DNA from: Octopus vulgaris
Lineage: Eukaryota
Length of the DNA stretch: 64,000 nt
NCBI GenBank assembly: GCA_951406725.2
Contig: OX597825.1
Coordinates: forward strand, 71,300,001-71,364,000
Direction of reading: 5' to 3'
Shown: positions 1 to 13,158 of the stretch, piece by piece
Position numbering within the stretch: position 1 is the first letter of the stretch
Layout of the letters: the number at the start of each line of letters is the position of its first letter
Notes under the pieces: generated by a model
The model's input: the letters and a program-made list of their open reading frames with translations, nothing else
Told to the model about the DNA's origin: nothing
The model's database searches: none
Translations under genes and position numbers: made by a program

Positions 1-180
1 GCTTGACAACCAATGCTGGTGTGTTTACGTCCCCGTCACTTAACGGTTCGGCAAAAGAGACTGACAGAATAAGTACTGGGCTTACAAAGAATAAGTCCCG
101 GGATCGATTTGCTTGACTAAAGCCGGTGCTCCAGCATGGCCGCAGTCAAATGATAGAAACATGTAAAAAAGTAAAGAGAG
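1..180 (+). mobile_element. SINE family A, 3' part (cut by window start)
   Basis: Matches the 3' half of full copies (e.g. 21294-21688), ending ...ccagcatggccgcagtcaaatga..gaaac..gtaaaaaagtaaagag. Confidence 0.85.
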
Positions 181-289
181 TGGTGGGCCCTTAACTTCTG
201 ACATATGGCATGTTTTGTGCATTTTAAAATTGTTGGAACCCATTCCTCTTTTAGCTTGAACATAGCAAGTTTCTTGTAGAAGGAAAGAA

Positions 290-328
<39 letters not shown>

Positions 329-482
329 GTGTGTGTGTGTGTGTGTGTGTGTGGAGTCAACCTGAGTACTTGTAGTAAGTCTTCTGGATTTTTGTGCCTG
401 AAAATGTGTGAGTATATGTGTGTATGTGTGTGCATGTACAAGAGAACTATGTGAAACTTTACATATACACGTAAAGAAAATA

Positions 483-676
483 TAAAAAAATAAACCAGAA
501 TCCTTGTCCGGCACCGAATTGATCCCAAAATCTAATCAGTTCATGCCAGTCATGAGACCAAACATCCCTGAAAGTTTCATCTGAATCCATCCAGTGGTTC
601 TTGGGAGATCTTGTCCAAGGACAAACAAACAAACAAACACAACTGAAAACAATACTTCTGCTTTCGGTAAGGCAGA

Positions 677-683
<7 letters not shown>
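483..683 (-). mobile_element. Non-autonomous Helentron-associated (HINE/DINE-1-like) element
   Basis: Terminal hairpin tacttctgc-N10-gcagaggta (653-680) followed, on the minus strand, by a (GTTT)n microsatellite and an atgaaactttc motif. This hairpin-microsatellite layout resembles DINE-1/HINE elements. Confidence 0.45.
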
Positions 684-712
<29 letters not shown>

Positions 713-974
713 TATTATTATTATTATTATTATTATTATGAATATTCAGTGACTGACTAAATTTCCTGTAAAGTTATTTGTATGAATTGAGTCATTCAAA
801 TAGTCTTTAGTTTGTCCATTATTTCACCAAATGAATAGATTAAATGTGAAATATGAAGTTGGCACAAGATTTTCTTGGAGCTGATAGTCAAATTAAAACA
901 AATAGATTAGATTTTGATTTATGGAAAACTTGCTAGCATTACACATGCAAAGTGAGCAACCATAACACTTTTAT

Positions 975-1150
975 CTTGAAGACCTCCCCTTATCTTTTGT
1001 TTCGTTTCCTCTTTGCCTTCTTTCATCTTATCGGTTAGCAATTTCTGGTAATTTCTCTCTCTTTTTCTAGCTGTCAGTTCTTCAGTTATCAAAATATGGG
1101 CACCTCTTCAAGTTTCTATCATTTTGGTTTTTGCCTGTCTGTCCAAAACA
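975..1150 (-). pseudogene. Possible decayed LINE ORF1 remnant
   Basis: Minus strand reads ...MIET*RGAHILITEELTARKRERNYQKLL..., similar to the LxGxxIFIxEDLT motif of non-LTR ORF1 C-terminal domains; interrupted by stops. Confidence 0.3.
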
Positions 1151-2675
1151 CCAGCAGTTTAAACATTCACTGCTTGCAGCACAGCTCGCTTAACGTTTCA
1201 CCTGCTAACGATCCATTAGCTTTTAAGTTTCGAAACAGCCTCAGAAGGAATCACGTGCGGTATTCTTGAAACTGAAGCAATTACTGTTATATTGGAAATA
1301 ACTCGAATGATAAATGTTGATTATCGAAAATTCATTCCTGTCTTCATAATTTGAATTTTTACCATTTATTTTCTCTTTCTTTCTGTAAAATGAGTTGGAT
1401 AGGTACATAGAATGGTTGCTTGCTAATTTGTATTTCATCTGTTGTTATTTTTGAGTTTCTCTCTTTAGATTCAATCATGTCATCCTCAGCTCTTTCTCAT
1501 TCTGTCTTCAGAATTGATTACAATTTATTTTTGCAACATTTTTAGCACCCAATTTGGTACAGCATTGCTATGTGGTAAGAAGTTTGATTCTCAACTGTAT
1601 GGTTCTGGGTTCAGTCCCTCTGCATGGCACCTTGTGTAAGTGTCTTCTACTATAGCCCTGGGTTGACCAAAGCCTTGTGAGTGGATATGGTAGATGGAAA
1701 CTGAAAAAACCTGCAGTTTGTGAATGTGTGTGTGTATAAAAAATATGTGTATATGTCTGTGTGTGTATGTTTATATCTGTGTGCATATGTGTGTGTATGT
1801 GTGTGTGTGTGAGTATATATCTATGTGTGTTTGTTCCCATCAATGCTTGATAACTAGTGTTGTTTTGTTTATGTCCCTAGAACTCAGCAGTTTAGCAAAA
1901 AAGGACAAAACAAGTACCAAGCTTTAAAAAGGAAAAAAACAAAACCAACAAAAAATCCAGATAATTCTTTTGATCAGATCCCTTTTTCCCCTATAAGCAG
2001 TTTTTATTTCTTTCCTGGCATAAGTAGCTCCTCCCTTTGTAGAAACCAACTAACATGGCACCAGGGTCAAACTAACTTGGCAGCTGGTTCCTGTAGGGGC
2101 ACTTAACATCATACCACTGTCTTTCCATTGTATCTCCAAGTTAGGAACCTATTTGTACTTGGGGTCAGTATTTAGATTGAAAATATATAGCCTACGGAGA
2201 ACAACTTGCAGTAGACAAGCACCTTATCCAGGAGGTGATGTCTCTCACTTGTGTAATGTTACAGAAATAGCTGTTTATTATCTAGCCAATGAAATGATTC
2301 CAAAAAGATTTAAAATAATCCCATCACCCACGCCCTTTCTAATAAACAAATGTTAATACTTATACTATTTGTATCTAGCCATTACTGTAGCTCACTTATA
2401 TGTATTAGAAAAAAAATTACCCTTAAATTTAGGTAGTAATTGCCTTCATAGGGCTTATTGATTTTTCACTGTAAAGATTACTGGAGGCTCTTCAATGTGT
2501 ATATAACTATGTATCTGCATAATATGCATGTGATTTCGTTTGTTCAGTGGCATCACTCATCATTCCATCACAACTTATAGTAATGCAGTGAATTGATGTA
2601 ATCATCAATCATTATTCAACATTGCATTGTTAACTACTGCTTTCTTTGGTTCCACTTTCTGAACTACATCCTGAA

Positions 2676-2814
2676 CTGCACCAGGCTCCAATCTTGATTT
2701 GGTGCCAAATCAAGATTGGGGCCTGGTGCAGCCATCTGGTTCGCCAGCCCTCAGTCAAAATCGTTCAACCCATGCTAGCATGGAAAGCGGACGTTAAACG
2801 ATGATGATGATGAT
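2676..2814 (+). mobile_element. 5'-truncated family C element with 27-bp fold-back at its 5' end
   Basis: 2676-2702 is the reverse complement of 2705-2731 (one T-G pair); continues into the family C tail ccatgctagcatggaaagcggacgttaaac(gat)n. Confidence 0.8.
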
Positions 2815-3043
2815 CCTTCTTGTGACACCATCCTGAAGGATTTTCGTTTTTTTTCTTTTAGTCGATCATATCAACTCCACTATTTAGGCTAGTGTTTATT
2901 TTAATGAATGGTTAAGTCCACCTTGACATGTAGGGATGCAAGTTATTTTTGTTTTGACACTAATTTATCAGCAATCCTTCATGTGTGTGCGTTCATATGC
3001 ATACATTCACATGTATGCAGTTGGCTTCTGTACGTCTCCATCT

Positions 3044-3358
3044 GTGGAGGCGCAATGGCCCAGTAGTTCGGGCAGCGGATTCATGGTCGGAGGATCACGG
3101 TTTCGATTCCCAGACCGGGCGTTGTGTGTGTTTATTGAGCAAAAGCACCTAAAAGCTGCACAAGGCTCCAGCAGGGGGTGGTGGCGACCCCTGTTGTACT
3201 CTTTCGCCCCAACTTTCTCTCACTCTTTCTTCCTGTTTCTTGAGTAACGCTGCGATGGACTGGCGTCCCGTCCAGCTGGGGGGAACACATACGTCAGAGA
3301 AACTGGGAAACCGGGCCCATGAGCCTGGCTAGGCTAGAAAAGGGCCCATAAATAAATA
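3044..3358 (+). mobile_element. tRNA-derived SINE family F (V-domain-like core), full length
   Basis: Pol III A/B-box-like head (tggcccagtag; ggtttcgattccc), core gcgatggactggcgtcccgtccag, (taaa)n tail, 12-bp TSD acgtctccatct at 3032-3043 and 3359-3370. Confidence 0.8.
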
Positions 3359-3567
3359 ACGTCTCCATCTACAAAATTTCATTGAGTCTACAGTAGAAAA
3401 TACTTGCCTAAGATGTCATGCTGCGGAATCTGTGGATTTTTTTCTAACATTATTATATTATATTCTAATTTGATAATAGTGTATCGAAAATTTACCCAGA
3501 ATATAACATATATATTATTTATATATCTATCTATATATATATCTTTTCTTTTCTTCTCTTTTAACAG

Positions 3568-3590
3568 GTGTGATCTCCAACTATCCCCAG
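3568..3590 (+). CDS. Candidate 23-nt microexon
   Basis: Long polypyrimidine tract ending ttaacAG (3566-3567) and donor CAG|GTATGT (3591). Open as (G)VISNYPQ or (x)CDLQLSP. Confidence 0.5.
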
Positions 3591-3954
3591 GTATGTTATC
3601 ACCATATATCATATGAAAATAGATTTGTGCAATTTTAATTCATGTATCTGTCCAACAGAAAGCTGACCAGAAGTGACCAGCATTTGCAATAAAAGATGAG
3701 AGGTTGTGTGTGCGTGTGCATTCATGCGTGTGTGTATGTAACAAAGATTAAGGAAGGATGAACTCAAGATGGTTTTTGATTCTTCCTCCTTTAGTCTGCT
3801 TATGCAAAAAAGATTTTGAACATTCTTCTACAAAGAATGATGCTATTTATACACAGACTAAAAAATAATTAATACATTCCAATGGGGCATTGCCAGCAGT
3901 GGTACCCAGGGACTCGGCAACTATAGTAACACACATGTATATACATACCTGTGT

Positions 3955-4290
3955 GAAGGTGCATGGCTCAGTGCTTAGAGCATCAGACTTATGATTGTGA
4001 AGTTGTGAGTTCAATTCCTGGACTGAGCTGTGTGTTGTGCTCTTGAGCAAGACACTTTATTTCGTGTTGCTCCAGTTCACTCGAGCTGTAGAAACAAGTT
4101 GTGATGTCATTGGTGCCAAGCTGTATCGGCTTTGGCCTTACTCTGGATAGCATCAGTGGTGTGGAGAAGGGAAGCTGGTATGCATGGCCAATTGCTGGTC
4201 TTTCATAAACAACCTTACCCGGACTTGTGCCTCAGAGGGTAACTTTCTAGGTGCAATCCCATGGTCATTCGTGACCAAAGAGGGTCTTTA
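3955..4290 (+). mobile_element. tRNA-derived SINE family D
   Basis: Head tggctcagtg...gagttcaattcc, core ttgagcaagacactttatttc..gttgctccagttcact; a second copy lies at 14461-14760. Confidence 0.75.
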
Positions 4291-5213
4291 GTTTTTACAT
4301 ACCTGTACATACACACATACATTCCCATACTCAAGCCTTTGTGGGCAGGTATGCCTATGTACACACATGTGTGAATGCTCACGCACACAGGAATGCACAT
4401 ACACATACAATCATATGAACACTTATACTTGCATTTGTTCAAATATACATACAATTACACAACAAAGGTAAAACTTTATTTCTGTATTGTTATTAATCAA
4501 GGTGAGGTCATATAGATGTTTCACCTGGTTGATATAGCTGGCAACTTAGTACCCCTAAATTCTTTGTCAGTTTTGAAATCACTAGGTTACATAATTGAAG
4601 AACTTAGTGCAGCAGCCTCTATATGGTCACTAAACATGTTAAAAACAGTAGCCATTTTTTCCATGTATTTATATAGAAAATTTCAATCCAATAATCTTGT
4701 TTGTTCATAATTATGAAAGACTTTGATGCAGAATGTAGAATATTTTGTAAATGGGCTTATATGCCCTGTTAACCTTATCAGATGGCACCAACATTAGCTT
4801 TTGCTGAAAAAATGCTGGCCATGAATAAATCCACTTACAACACACATATCAATCTTCTTTTGGTTTCCATCTACTAAATCCACTTACAAGGCTGTGGTTG
4901 GCCTGTCTTGATGATATGTCTGTTCGGACAAGGCTGACCTGGTGTTAAACAATAACAGCAACTCCTCTGCAGAAATAAACTGGACAGTGAAGAACACTCC
5001 TTACAACTAACCCTTGAGTCTTACCGTATGGCCCTGCATGTTGCAGTGTGAGTGTAATCTTTAGATAGGCTGAACTATGGTATAACTCAAAAACAATAGA
5101 TTTGTGGACCACTCCTAATTCACTTAATTAGTTGGCACACCATGTATCTGCTCAGTTGGAAGAACCAGCAGATGTTTTAAACTGTTGTTAAAAACCTGAA
5201 GAAGGAGGGCTTT

Positions 5214-5431
5214 CTCTCTCTTTACTCTCTTTTACTTGTTTCAGTCATTTGAATGTGGCCATGCTGGAGCACCGCCTCTAGTCGAGCAAACCGACCCCAG
5301 GACTTATTCTTTGTAAGCCTAGTACTTATTCTATCGGTCACTTTTGCCGAACCGCTAAGTTACGGGGGCGTAAACACACCAGCATTGGTTGTCAAGCGAT
5401 GTTGGGGGGACAAACACAGACACACAAACAT

Positions 5432-5466
<35 letters not shown>

Positions 5467-5629
5467 CATATATACGACGGGCTTCTTTCAGTTTCCGTCT
5501 ACCAAATCCACTCACAAGGCTTTGGTCGGCTCGAGCCTATAATAGAAGACACTTGCCCAAGGTGTCATGCAGTGGGACTGAACCTGGAACCATGTGGTTC
5601 GTAAGCAAGCTACTTACCACACAGCCACT
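5214..5629 (-). mobile_element. SINE family A, near full length
   Basis: Reverse complement of the consensus: A/B-box-like head (tggctgtgtgg; ggttcagtccc), CORE-like ccttgggcaagtgtc, internal (TA)(TG) microsatellite, gtaaaagag tail. Confidence 0.9.
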
Positions 5630-6014
5630 TCTTTTCTGTCAAGTAAATCCATTTATCACTTTGGTGTACTTGATCTATGTATGGCCTTTCTCATCATTGT
5701 TTGCGGCGATAACATCTTCATTTCTTACACCTGACTTCTTCACGTAACTTCTTCCTGAACAAGACCTTATGCTTGATGCGGTTTTTTGATAATACCTGCA
5801 GTTAAGCAATGTTTAGGTGGAATTGCTTACTGTTGTTGTGCACATACATCTTTGCCTGCCTCCTCAGTATACTGGTTGCTGTATCTTCATCAGCATTGGC
5901 TTCTCTATGCACGGCTGATCTCCACTTCTTACAGTCCTTTGCTGACTGTTTCCATTTTAAAGCATAACTGATACATCACTTGTATCTACATCAATATAAC
6001 ATGCTGTATGTAAA

Positions 6015-6440
6015 GCAGGGCAGCAAGCTGGCAGAATCATTAGCACGCTGGGCGAAATGCTTAGCGGTATTTCGTCTGCTGTTACGTTCTGAGTTCAAAT
6101 TCCACTGAGGTCGACTTTGCCTTTCATCCTTTCGGGGTCGATAAATTAAGTACCAGTTGAGCATTGGGGGGTCGATGTAATCGACTTAATCCCTTTGTCT
6201 GTCCTTGTTTGTCCCCTCTGTGTTTAGCCCCTTGTGGGTAGTAAAGAAATAGAAATAGGTATGTCGTCTGCTGTTACGTTCTGAGTTCAAATTCCGCTGA
6301 GGTCAACTTTGCCTTTCATCCTTTTGGGGTCGATAAATTAAGTACCAGTTGAGCATTGGGGTCGATGTAATCGACTTAATCCCTTTGTCTGTCCTTGTTT
6401 GTCCCCCCTATGTTTAGCCCCTTGTAGGCAATAAAGAAAT
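6015..6440 (+). mobile_element. SINE family B dimer
   Basis: Head plus two ~185-bp units with the Meta/MESC-like core gtcgactttgcctttcatcctttcggggtcgataaattaagtacc; 19-bp TSD ataacatg(c/a)tgtatgtaaa at 5996-6014 and 6439-6457. Confidence 0.9.
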
Positions 6441-7581
6441 AACATGATGTATGTAAATATCAGTGAATTCCATAATTCTTTAGATCATAGAGGCACCAGT
6501 GAAAATACACTGTGGTTGATGTATATAGAATATATATATGTAGGACAAGTCAACCTGACATAATCTGTTCCTCTCTGCATTATACACATGCTAGGATTTC
6601 AACAAGCTGTTAAAAGTATTTGTCAGCTATGCTATTTGTACACATTAACTTTCTATGATGAAACTTTACCGTCTAGTGGCACCTGTTTACGGCTGAGCCA
6701 ACTGAGCAATTTGGAAGTGAAAAACAGTCTTAGCCACTGACACTGCAATGCTATTAACATATGAAGTACTAATTTTTGGTTGGTAGTTTGACAGCCTGTT
6801 ACTGTCATTAACTGCTGTCCCAGAATGGGTTTAATTTATTACTAATTATTAATGTAATTATACTAGTTATTAAACATGTGCAGTTATTGATTGAATGTTT
6901 CTATTTCTGAGACGAGTTATTAAAATGTTTTCCTTTGGACTATTAACTTCATTTTTTACAGTGTATATATTCTATTAATATACATTCAGATGGTGTCTCT
7001 TTGTGGTCACATGAACCAGTGAGTGTGCTTCTATGTGGTTGCTTGACTTACAAAAAATAGCAGCCAAATTCTTTTCGCTTACACTCCACTGTCTTAAAAA
7101 AAAAGTAAGGTTTTATTGACCAATATGCAAAATACTAGGTAGTAGTAGTAATGATTTCTGATTTAGGCACAAGGCCAACAATTTTGAGGGAAGGGTGAGA
7201 TAATACAGTTAACTCTACATAACTGGTACACTGTTTTATCAACCTCGAAAAGATGAAAGGCAAAGTTGACCTTGAAATTTGAACTTTGAGTGTAAAGGTC
7301 CAGAAAAATACTGCAGAACATTTTTGATGCTCTTAACGATTCTACCATGTCACCACGCCACTATTGCTTAATGCTTTCAAATTTTGGCACAAGGCTAGCA
7401 AGTGGATTACATTGGCCCCAGTGCCCAACTAGTACTTATTTTATCGACCCCTAAAAGATGACAGGCAAAGTTGACCTTGGCAGTATTTGAACTCAGAAAG
7501 TCAAGATGGATGAAATGCTGTGAAGCATTTTGCCCTGCATGCTCATGATTCTGCTGCTTGCTACCAGATACTGATAATAGT

Positions 7582-7997
7582 CTTTTACTCTTTTCAGTCA
7601 TTTGACTGTGGCCACGCTGGAGCACTGCTTTTAGTCAAGCAAACTGACCCCCCCCCCCCCAGGGCTTATTCTTTGTAAGCCTAGTACTTATTCTATCGGT
7701 CTCTTTTCCGGAACCGCTAAGTTACGGGGACGTAAACACACCACCATCGGTTGTCAAGCAATGTTGGGGGGACAAACACAGACACACAAGCATATACACA
7801 CACATACATATAAACATATATATACATATATACGACGGGCTTCTTTCAGTTTCCGTCTACGAAATCCACTCACAAGGCTTTGGTTGGCCCGAGGCTATAG
7901 TAGAAGACACTTGCCCAAGATGCCACACAGTGGGAATGAACCTGGAACCATGTAGTTGGTAAGCAAGCTATTTACCACACAGCCACTCCTACACCTA
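7582..7997 (-). mobile_element. SINE family A
   Basis: Same sequence as the 5214-5629 copy. Confidence 0.9.
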
Positions 7998-8344
7998 TAA
8001 TAGTAATAATAATTTTGCCAAATCTTGGCTCAGCATCAGTAATTTTGAGGGAAGTGGGGCTAGTTGATTACATTGATCCCCAGTGCTTGACTGCTACTTA
8101 TCTTTATCAATTTCAGAAGGGTGAAAGGCAAAGCTAACCTTGGTGAGATTTGATCTCAGAACACGAAGTTGGGAGATATGTTGTTAAGCATTTTTGTCTG
8201 ATGTGCTAATAGTTCTGCCAGTTCACCAAGCAACCTTCTAAATATATATATGTACGTGGAAACTCATTGTGTGCGACTATCATCATCATCATTTAACATC
8301 TTTTAAATGATGAGGATATACACACACAATAGCTTCACACACAC

Positions 8345-8540
8345 ACCTCCTCTCTCTATCTCACCTCTCCTTCTATCTCACCTCTCCCTCCGTCTCACCT
8401 CTCCCTCTATCTCACCTCTCCCTCTATCTCACCTCTCCCTCCATCTCACCTCTCCCTCCATCTCACCTCTCCCTCCATCTCACCTCTCCCTCCATCTCAC
8501 CTCTCTCTCCATCTCACCTCTCCCTCTCTCTCTATCTCTC
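8345..8540. repeat. Pyrimidine-rich minisatellite (~17-18 bp unit, cctctccctc[ct]atctca)
   Basis: About 10 visible tandem units; a shorter related tract at 10068-10180. Confidence 0.85.
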
Positions 8541-8607
8541 TGCTTATGTGTGTGCATATTTCTCTATGTATGAAGAAATTGAAAGTTTGTCAATTATAGG
8601 TTGTGTA

Positions 8608-8885
8608 GGCACAGGAGTGGCTGTGTGGCAAGTAGCTTGCTTACCAACCACATGGTTCTGGTTTCATTCCCACTGCGTGGCACCTTGGGCAAGTGTGTGT
8701 GTGTGTATTCATGTTTGTCCCCCACCATTGCTCGACAACTGGTGATGGTTTATTTATGTCCTTGTAACTTAGCAGTTCAGTTTGGCAAAATGAGATTGAA
8801 AGAATAAATACTAGGGTTGATTTGTTCACCAGCTGTTCCTCATTATGGCTGCAGTCCAGTGACTGAAGCAAGTAACAGAAATAGA
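8608..8885 (+). mobile_element. SINE family A, internally deleted
   Basis: Head intact, then jumps from ggcaagtgt directly into the (TG)n tract. Confidence 0.8.
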
Positions 8886-10243
8886 ACAAGCAAAATAAAT
8901 TTCATAGTTTTTATTTTGTTTTTTTTTTGTTAATATATCAAGGCTGTTCGAAATCCCTCATGTAAGTGTAGTAATAATAACAGAGAGAGAGAGAGAGAGA
9001 GAGAGAGCGAAGCTGTTGTTCACAAGCTGCACAATACTGTAATCTTATCCATTGACAGTTAAACAGTTTGCAATCTAGTTGTAGCCTCTCAAAATGTTTC
9101 CATATCAAACACAGGTTTGTGTAATGTTTTCAGAGAAAACTGAAACAATGCTTCTGAAATGAAACAAGCTTTCGATAAATTCACCCCAAATCCTCTTATG
9201 GATTTTCACTGTTTGAAAACTCAATAAACCTCGTAAGTACTTGACAGCTTATAGCTTGCTATAGTACTCGGTTGCTCTACTGTAATTATCATCATCATTG
9301 TTGTTGTTTGTAGTTGTCATTGTTGTTGTTGAGTTGTTATAATTGTTATTAGTGTTATTGTTCGTTGTTGTTGTTCCAACTACTGATTTTTCTTTCTTTT
9401 TTTATCTTCTGCATGATGGCTTCTCACTGGTTGTATCCTATGTTTGAATTATTTGCCCACCGTTTATCCACATTGGTTCTAATCTTCTGTTTTTCTCAGC
9501 TGTTGCATGTACTTCTCTGTGTGTGATCGGTGCCATCAATTAAAGACCTTTTGCTCCGTGTGTAATAACTGTAATGATTAGCTGTGGATTTCGTCAATTA
9601 TTGAGGTCAGTTATAACCATATAATGAGATTAACGAGGAATTTTTTTCTCTTCCAGATTTATTTACTATAAAAGCTGAATGATGTTTCGGAGTTTATTAA
9701 GCTTTTAAATAATCTAAGATTCAGCCGTAGCTAAAGTATGTATCTGTGAGGCTATGATTGGTGTTGAGTGCAGCCTTTGTTGGGCCACGGTGAAAAAGTC
9801 ATTGTTGTGTAACCCCAGTTCAACACTGATCAGATTTCTAACACAGTCCAGCTTTGACCATCACATCTTATATTCAGACATGGTGTGCACACATTCATAA
9901 TATAAAATATTTTCTTTCCTTTTAAGGGAATAGAGTGTGATTCGGGAAAGATTTAGCTATTGATTCTAGTTAGTCAAGTGACCATGTAGAGACTCCTTAG
10001 CTGGAGTTTATGACGATGATGTTGTGTGATGTGATGATTAATAAGCTAAGGAAAACTTTTGGGTTCATATCTCTCACCTATTCACTCTCACCTATTCACA
10101 CTCTCTCTCTCACCTCCTCTCTCTATCTTACCTCCTCTCTCCATCTCACCTCTCTCTCTCCCTCTCTCTATCTCTCTCTGTTTATGTGTGTGCATATTTC
10201 TCTGTATGAAGAGAATGAAAGTTTGTCAATCATAGGTTGTGTA

Positions 10244-10654
10244 GGCGCAGGAGTGGCTGTGTGGTAAGTAGCTTGCTTACCAACCACATAGTTCCAGGTT
10301 CATTCCCACTGCATGGCACCTTGGGCAAGTGTCTTCTACTGTAGCCTCGGGCCAACCAAAGCCTTGTGAGTGTTTGTAGATGGAAACTGAAAGAAGCCTG
10401 TCGTGTGTGTGTGTGTATATATATATATATATGTATGTATGTATGTGTATGTGTATGTTTGTCCCTCCCAACATTGCTTGACAACCGATGTTGGTGTGTT
10501 TACGTCCCGGTAACTTAGCGGTTTGGCAAAAGAGACTGATAGAATAAGTACTAGGCTTACAAAGAATAAGTCCTAGGGTCGATTTGCTCGACTAAAGGCA
10601 GTGCTCCAGCATGGTCACAGTTGAATGCCTGAAACAAATAAAAGAATAAAAGAG
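10244..10654 (+). mobile_element. SINE family A, full length
   Basis: ggcgcaggagtggctgtgtggtaagtagcttg...gaaacaaataaaagaataaaagag. Confidence 0.9.
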
Positions 10655-11576
10655 TAATCATATTCAATTAATGAATAGTAATCTCTCTTCCCACTCTCTC
10701 TCTGTCTATCTATCTATCTGTATGGCTCTATTTTTGTACATCTGTGCTAGTGTATTCAAGTATACACATGGTTCTGTGCATGTGTTTTCCTCCAGTATCA
10801 AAAAGTGTTATTTCTAAAACTGGCTGAATGTCCAGTCAACCATACCAAATCCTAAATGTCCAAACAGTGGCACCCTATCATCTCATTCCACTCCAATTAA
10901 CCTTTTGCATCTGCTGTTTGCAAACCAAATGGTGCATCAAGAATCGGGATGTACAGGCTTTTAAGAATTCGCAATTGAAAGAGAAAATGGTTAGCATTGA
11001 ATATGTTGGATAACCATTAACAAGTGTGACCAATACAAGCAGCTTTGATTTATGCTGTGAATTATGTCATCTGAAGGTTGAATGTTTTTGAAAGTATATG
11101 GTGGTTTGTTGGTTGGTTGGTTAGCTCTATGTCAACAAACTGATAAACTACCGAAGCCATTCTAGCCTTGATTCTCTCTTATTTTCTTCAGACTTATTGC
11201 AACTCAGACTGCATTATCCTGAGTGTCTGTACTTCCTTAAAGACAGTATTATGTGATATGAAGGAGATTTTGCTGCTATTTCTAGCAGGTTAATTATGAC
11301 TTAAAAATATGATAGAAGGCTTTATTGCATTCTTAATCAAAATTGACTCCTGTGCATCCTGAGGTGTTTTATAGTGAAGTTACACATTGCTGTGTTGACA
11401 CCCTGAAGATGGAGAATGTGGGAAATTGGATTTGACAGTGTTATCGACGACTGTATTATGTTATTTTTAACCCTTGCTCTGCGAAATTGGTTATTCTAGT
11501 AATGCTGTTAAATATGTAACAAAAATTAGAATTGGTATTTTCTGTAAATCATTTTGCCTCAATAAACTTGACATAT

Positions 11577-12412
11577 TATTTCTTTATTGCCCACAAGGGG
11601 CTAAACATAGAGGGGACAAACAAGAACAGACAAATGGATTAAGTCAACTACATCGACCCTGGTGCGTAACTGGTACTTAATTTATTGACCCCGAAAGGAT
11701 GAAAGGGAAAGTTGACCTCGGCGGAATTTGAACTCAGAACGTAACAGCAGATGAAATACCACAAAGCATTTTGCCCAGCGTGCTAATGTTTCTTATTTCT
11801 TTATTGCCCACAAGGGGCTAAACACAGAGGGGACAAACAAGGACAGACAAAGGGATTTAGTCGATTACATCAACTCCAGTGCATAACTGGTACTTTATTT
11901 ATCGATCCCGAAAGGATGAAAGGCAAAGTCGACCTTCGCAGAATTTGAACTCGGAACGTAACGACAGACGAAATACCACAAAGCATTTCGCCCAGCATGC
12001 TAATGTTTCTTATTTCTTTATTGCCCACAAGGGGATAAACATAGAGGGGACAAACAAGGACAGGCAAACAGATTAGGTCGACTACATCGACCCCAGTGCG
12101 TAACTGGTACTTAATTTATCGATCCCAAAAGGATGAAAGGAGTGGAATTTGAACTCAGAACGTAACAGCAGATGAAATACCTATTTCTGTACTACCCACA
12201 AGGGGCTAAACACAGAGGACAAACAAGGACAGACTAATGGATTAAGACGATTATATTGACCCCAGTGTGTAACTGGTACTTATTTAATCGATCCCGAAAG
12301 GATGAAAGGCAAAGTTGACCTTGGCAGAATTTGAACTCAGAACGTAACAGCAGATGAAATACTGCGAAGCATTTCGCCCGGCATGCTAACGTTTCTGCCA
12401 GCTCACCGCCTT
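11577..12412 (-). mobile_element. SINE family B tetramer
   Basis: Unit boundaries at 11577, 11794, 12011 and 12182; TSD aac(t/c)tgacatatt at ~11565-11577 and 12413-12425. Confidence 0.9.
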
Positions 12413-13158
12413 AACCTGACATATTTCTATGGAAAATAGTTTCAAATATGATATTCCTCCACAAAATAGATAGACAGTCAGGTAAAATTGCTTTCCACAG
12501 TTAAAGGCAATTAAATTTTGAATGAATAAATCTGCTTTATGTAGTAAAAGGTTTAAGGTTTTAACAGTGTTGACAAATCTTTGGTTGCATCAGCTCATTT
12601 TTGTCTTGTAACAAAAGTATGAGAATATAGAATAATTATAATTATTAATTAGTATGTTATTTTAAGTAATTAACCTATTGTGCACACATTAACTTTGTGT
12701 GCTTGCTAATTTCTTTTGTGCACAGGTTGCAAAAGATGTGTTCACATGTGCACACACACACACACATACACATTCTGTATAGAACGAACAATGCAACTGT
12801 GATATCCTTGGTGTTTATGGTTTCAACCTTATCTCCAGAAATCTGTTTAGTAGAAGCAAACTAACCAAGTAGGCAGCTTGTCATAATTAGTTATGAATCA
12901 GTCAATTAATCAATCAATCAAGGAGTAATTAAATCTATTGATTTTAGGGAGCAGATGGAAAATGATGGGTGGGATGTTTACGATTTTTACCTAAAAATGG
13001 TTTATCTGCTCCATCTAATGCCATCAATTACAGCCTAATTACCAACTTTCAGAAATGCTCTTAGGTGTAACTATGAAATATTTGGATGGAGGTGCAGCAT
13101 TCAAGAGATGCTGAATAATTTTATACATTTTTATACATTTTATACATAATTTTATAAA

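Noticed and set aside
680-738. (TAA)n/(TTA)n inverted triplet tract
   Set aside because: Simple microsatellite; palindromy is trivial.
5253-5747. Recurrent ORFs such as [17 protein letters not shown] and [11 protein letters not shown]
   Set aside because: Incidental reading frames through family A SINE copies; no protein motifs.
11403-11440. Other CTGANGA...GAAA matches (11403; 39930 minus; 16999)
   Set aside because: No consistent stems I-III or cleavage triplet geometry.
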